A DNA stretch of 64,000 bases. Origin: Podarcis bocagei. Lineage: Eukaryota. The notes under the pieces are model-generated. The model was not told where the DNA came from. It did not search any database and worked only from the letters and a program-made list of their open reading frames with translations. The position numbers were made by a program, and so were the translations under genes. The stretch lies in the NCBI GenBank assembly GCA_964188305.1, contig OZ076888.1. The stretch is one strand, 5' to 3'. This document shows positions 61,962-64,000 of the stretch, piece by piece. Each line of letters begins with the position of its first letter. The first letter of the stretch is position 1.

Positions 61962-63331
61962 TACTGGGGTATAATTTTGTTTAATGCACAGCTTGGACAC
62001 CAATGGACGTATGGATGCCCATTTTAATGTCATTTCAGTTCTAAGTAATGACTACTGATGCTCTTGTTCTTTAGTGCATGAAAGCATCTGTTCCAGTTTT
62101 TTTTGGTTGGATGGCATCTTGTAAGCCTCCTTCCGGCAACTCCTGCAGCCAAGGTGCTGCCAAACATTTTGCTCTGCTTTCCTTTGGACCACATCAGTGA
62201 GGCTGAGAGGGGGGTCTTGCCATATTGGCAGCCCAGAACCTCCATATCCATGTGCTCCATTCTCTCTTGAGACAGACGAATGCCAACTATATACCACAAG
62301 TTTCTCATATATAACAAAACAAGTTAGTACAGACATTACTGGTAATTAGTTCACCCTACTAGTTATATGCACACAACAGAGTGTTATTTCCAGGTAAGAA
62401 GCAGTTGTCAAAGTTAAAATATAGCCATTTTCTCCACCTGGTGGCATTTAAAACAAACTACAACAGAATGCATCTTTGAGTTCAGTTATTTCTAATCACT
62501 TTAAAGGGGTCTGTGACTGTATAATAACTGGTTGATTGTTTCTAATTGCTCTGTGGTTTGTACAGGAGAGGGTTTTTTTAAGCAGTAAGATTAATAACAA
62601 GAGGAGTCAAAACAAACTTTCTTTGTGATCAATTTTACACCTCTTTGCTTCAGTGGATGGACAGATGAATCATCCCATCGTTCCCACTCCTGCCAATTTT
62701 TACTGAATACCAGCTTTACACAACCTGGTGCTCTTGAGATATTTTGGACTACAACTTCTATTAGCTCCAGTCCAGTCCAGTCTCAGGTTGGGGAAGGATG
62801 CTTGAGATGATCACTATGTCTGAAATTAACTCCTGATTTTAGTTACTATTCCTTCTCTTGCAGCTGAAACAAATTTGGGGAAAACATCGTCCTAACTCAG
62901 TTGTGTTTTACAAAATGTTAGGCATTTGTTTTCTGATAATTTGAATCCACTCACAGAGACAGGTGTGAATACTGTTAGGTTTAGGAGGAGGAGTTAAGGA
63001 GAAAAACAAAATTGGCAAATTGATACTGGAAAGTATTGCCTTAAAATTAATAAGCAAAGTCAAATGTCAAAGCCAAAAAGTAAACCTTAAATTTTGAAAA
63101 AGGCTGAACTTTGAGTCTGTAAAAAGTTTCATTTCTACCTCCTCCCTGCAGATTTAAAAAAATTGCTACCTACCCAGCTTCCAACACTCTTCAATTTACC
63201 ATGTCATCAGGTGGACATGGCACTTTCCTTTGTGCAATTTTTAAAACTGTGAATGGATCCATTATTCTGCCCAGAGCCAGTTTTTAAGGCAATATATTCA
63301 TGCTTCTGTTTTGTGGGCCCCAAATACTAGG

Positions 63332-63818
63332 TTTATTTATTTATCGAATTTATATACTGCCCTATACCCGGAGGTCTCAGGGCAGTTCACATAACAAGAT
63401 CACAATATATAAAATCAAAATAAGAACAACAACCCACTAACACCTCCCCGCAAAAAGAGTCACATTTTAAAAGGGAATAGGATGTCAGTCAGGTCAACCA
63501 AAGGCTGGTTAAAAAGGAATGTTTTTGCCTGGTGCCTAAAGGTGTATAATGAAGACGCCAGGCGAACTTCCCTGGGGATAGCATTCCATAGATGGGGAGC
63601 CACTGCAGAGAAGCCACGTTCTTGTGTTGCCACCCTCCGGACCTCTCAGGGAGGAGGCACATGAAGGAGGGTCTCAGAAGATGATCTCAGGGTCTGGTTA
63701 GGTTCGTATGGAAAGAGGCGGTCCTTGAGGTATTGCAGTCCTGAGCAGTTTTAGGCTTTATGGGTCAAAACCAGCACTTTGAATAGGGCCCAGAAACTAA
63801 TTGGTAGCCAGTACAGTC
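63332..63818 (-). mobile_element. L2 LINE 3' end
   Basis: Minus strand encodes LYWLPISFWALFKVLVLTHKA (L2 LHWLP...FKVLVLTYKA motif); (TAAA)n tail at ~63332. Confidence 0.82.
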
Positions 63819-64000
63819 AGTTCTCATTATGGTGAGGTCTTGTTAGCAGTTATTATGTTTAAACAGAAACACTATTGCTGCAACCCCTGTCTTAGGTAAA
63901 ATTTGCCTAAAGTATTATCTTGCATACTGCCTGTGATGAATTGATAGTGTGTAGTTGTACCATAATATTCCAGTGTTATTGCCAGTAAATGGCTGGCTTA

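Noticed and set aside
1-64000. CRISPR arrays, rRNA, prokaryote-type operons or viral genes
   Set aside because: None seen; the sequence is intron-rich vertebrate DNA.

Overview
Vertebrate genomic DNA from a squamate reptile, probably a lacertid lizard (Sauria SINE, Bov-B, Squam-type tRNA SINEs, Penelope end). It has two N gaps. Two + strand genes are present. (1) The 3' part of EXOC6 (exocyst Sec15): coding exons 6380-6521, 11208-11281, 37866-37978, a candidate 12-nt microexon 39060-39071, and terminal exon 39786-39915. (2) A complete six-exon CYP26C1 retinoic-acid hydroxylase (46085-58074, about 618 aa) whose exon 5 carries an unusually long, 104-aa Cys/His-containing loop. A CpG-rich domain of about 15 kb covers the EXOC6 3' end and the 5' half of CYP26C1. 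The 26.6-kb EXOC6 intron holds enhancer-like motifs (a perfect DR2 nuclear-receptor element, a Pbx-Hox/homeodomain cluster). The most striking structure is a 417-bp Penelope-derived fold-back insertion in CYP26C1 intron 4. It has a 13-bp TSD, about 170-bp inverted arms and a minimal hammerhead ribozyme in each arm: intact on the antisense strand, G12>A mutated on the sense strand. Nearly all other ORFs in the six-frame track are spurious. I cannot demonstrate a wholly new biological system from sequence alone; the best leads are ranked in findings.
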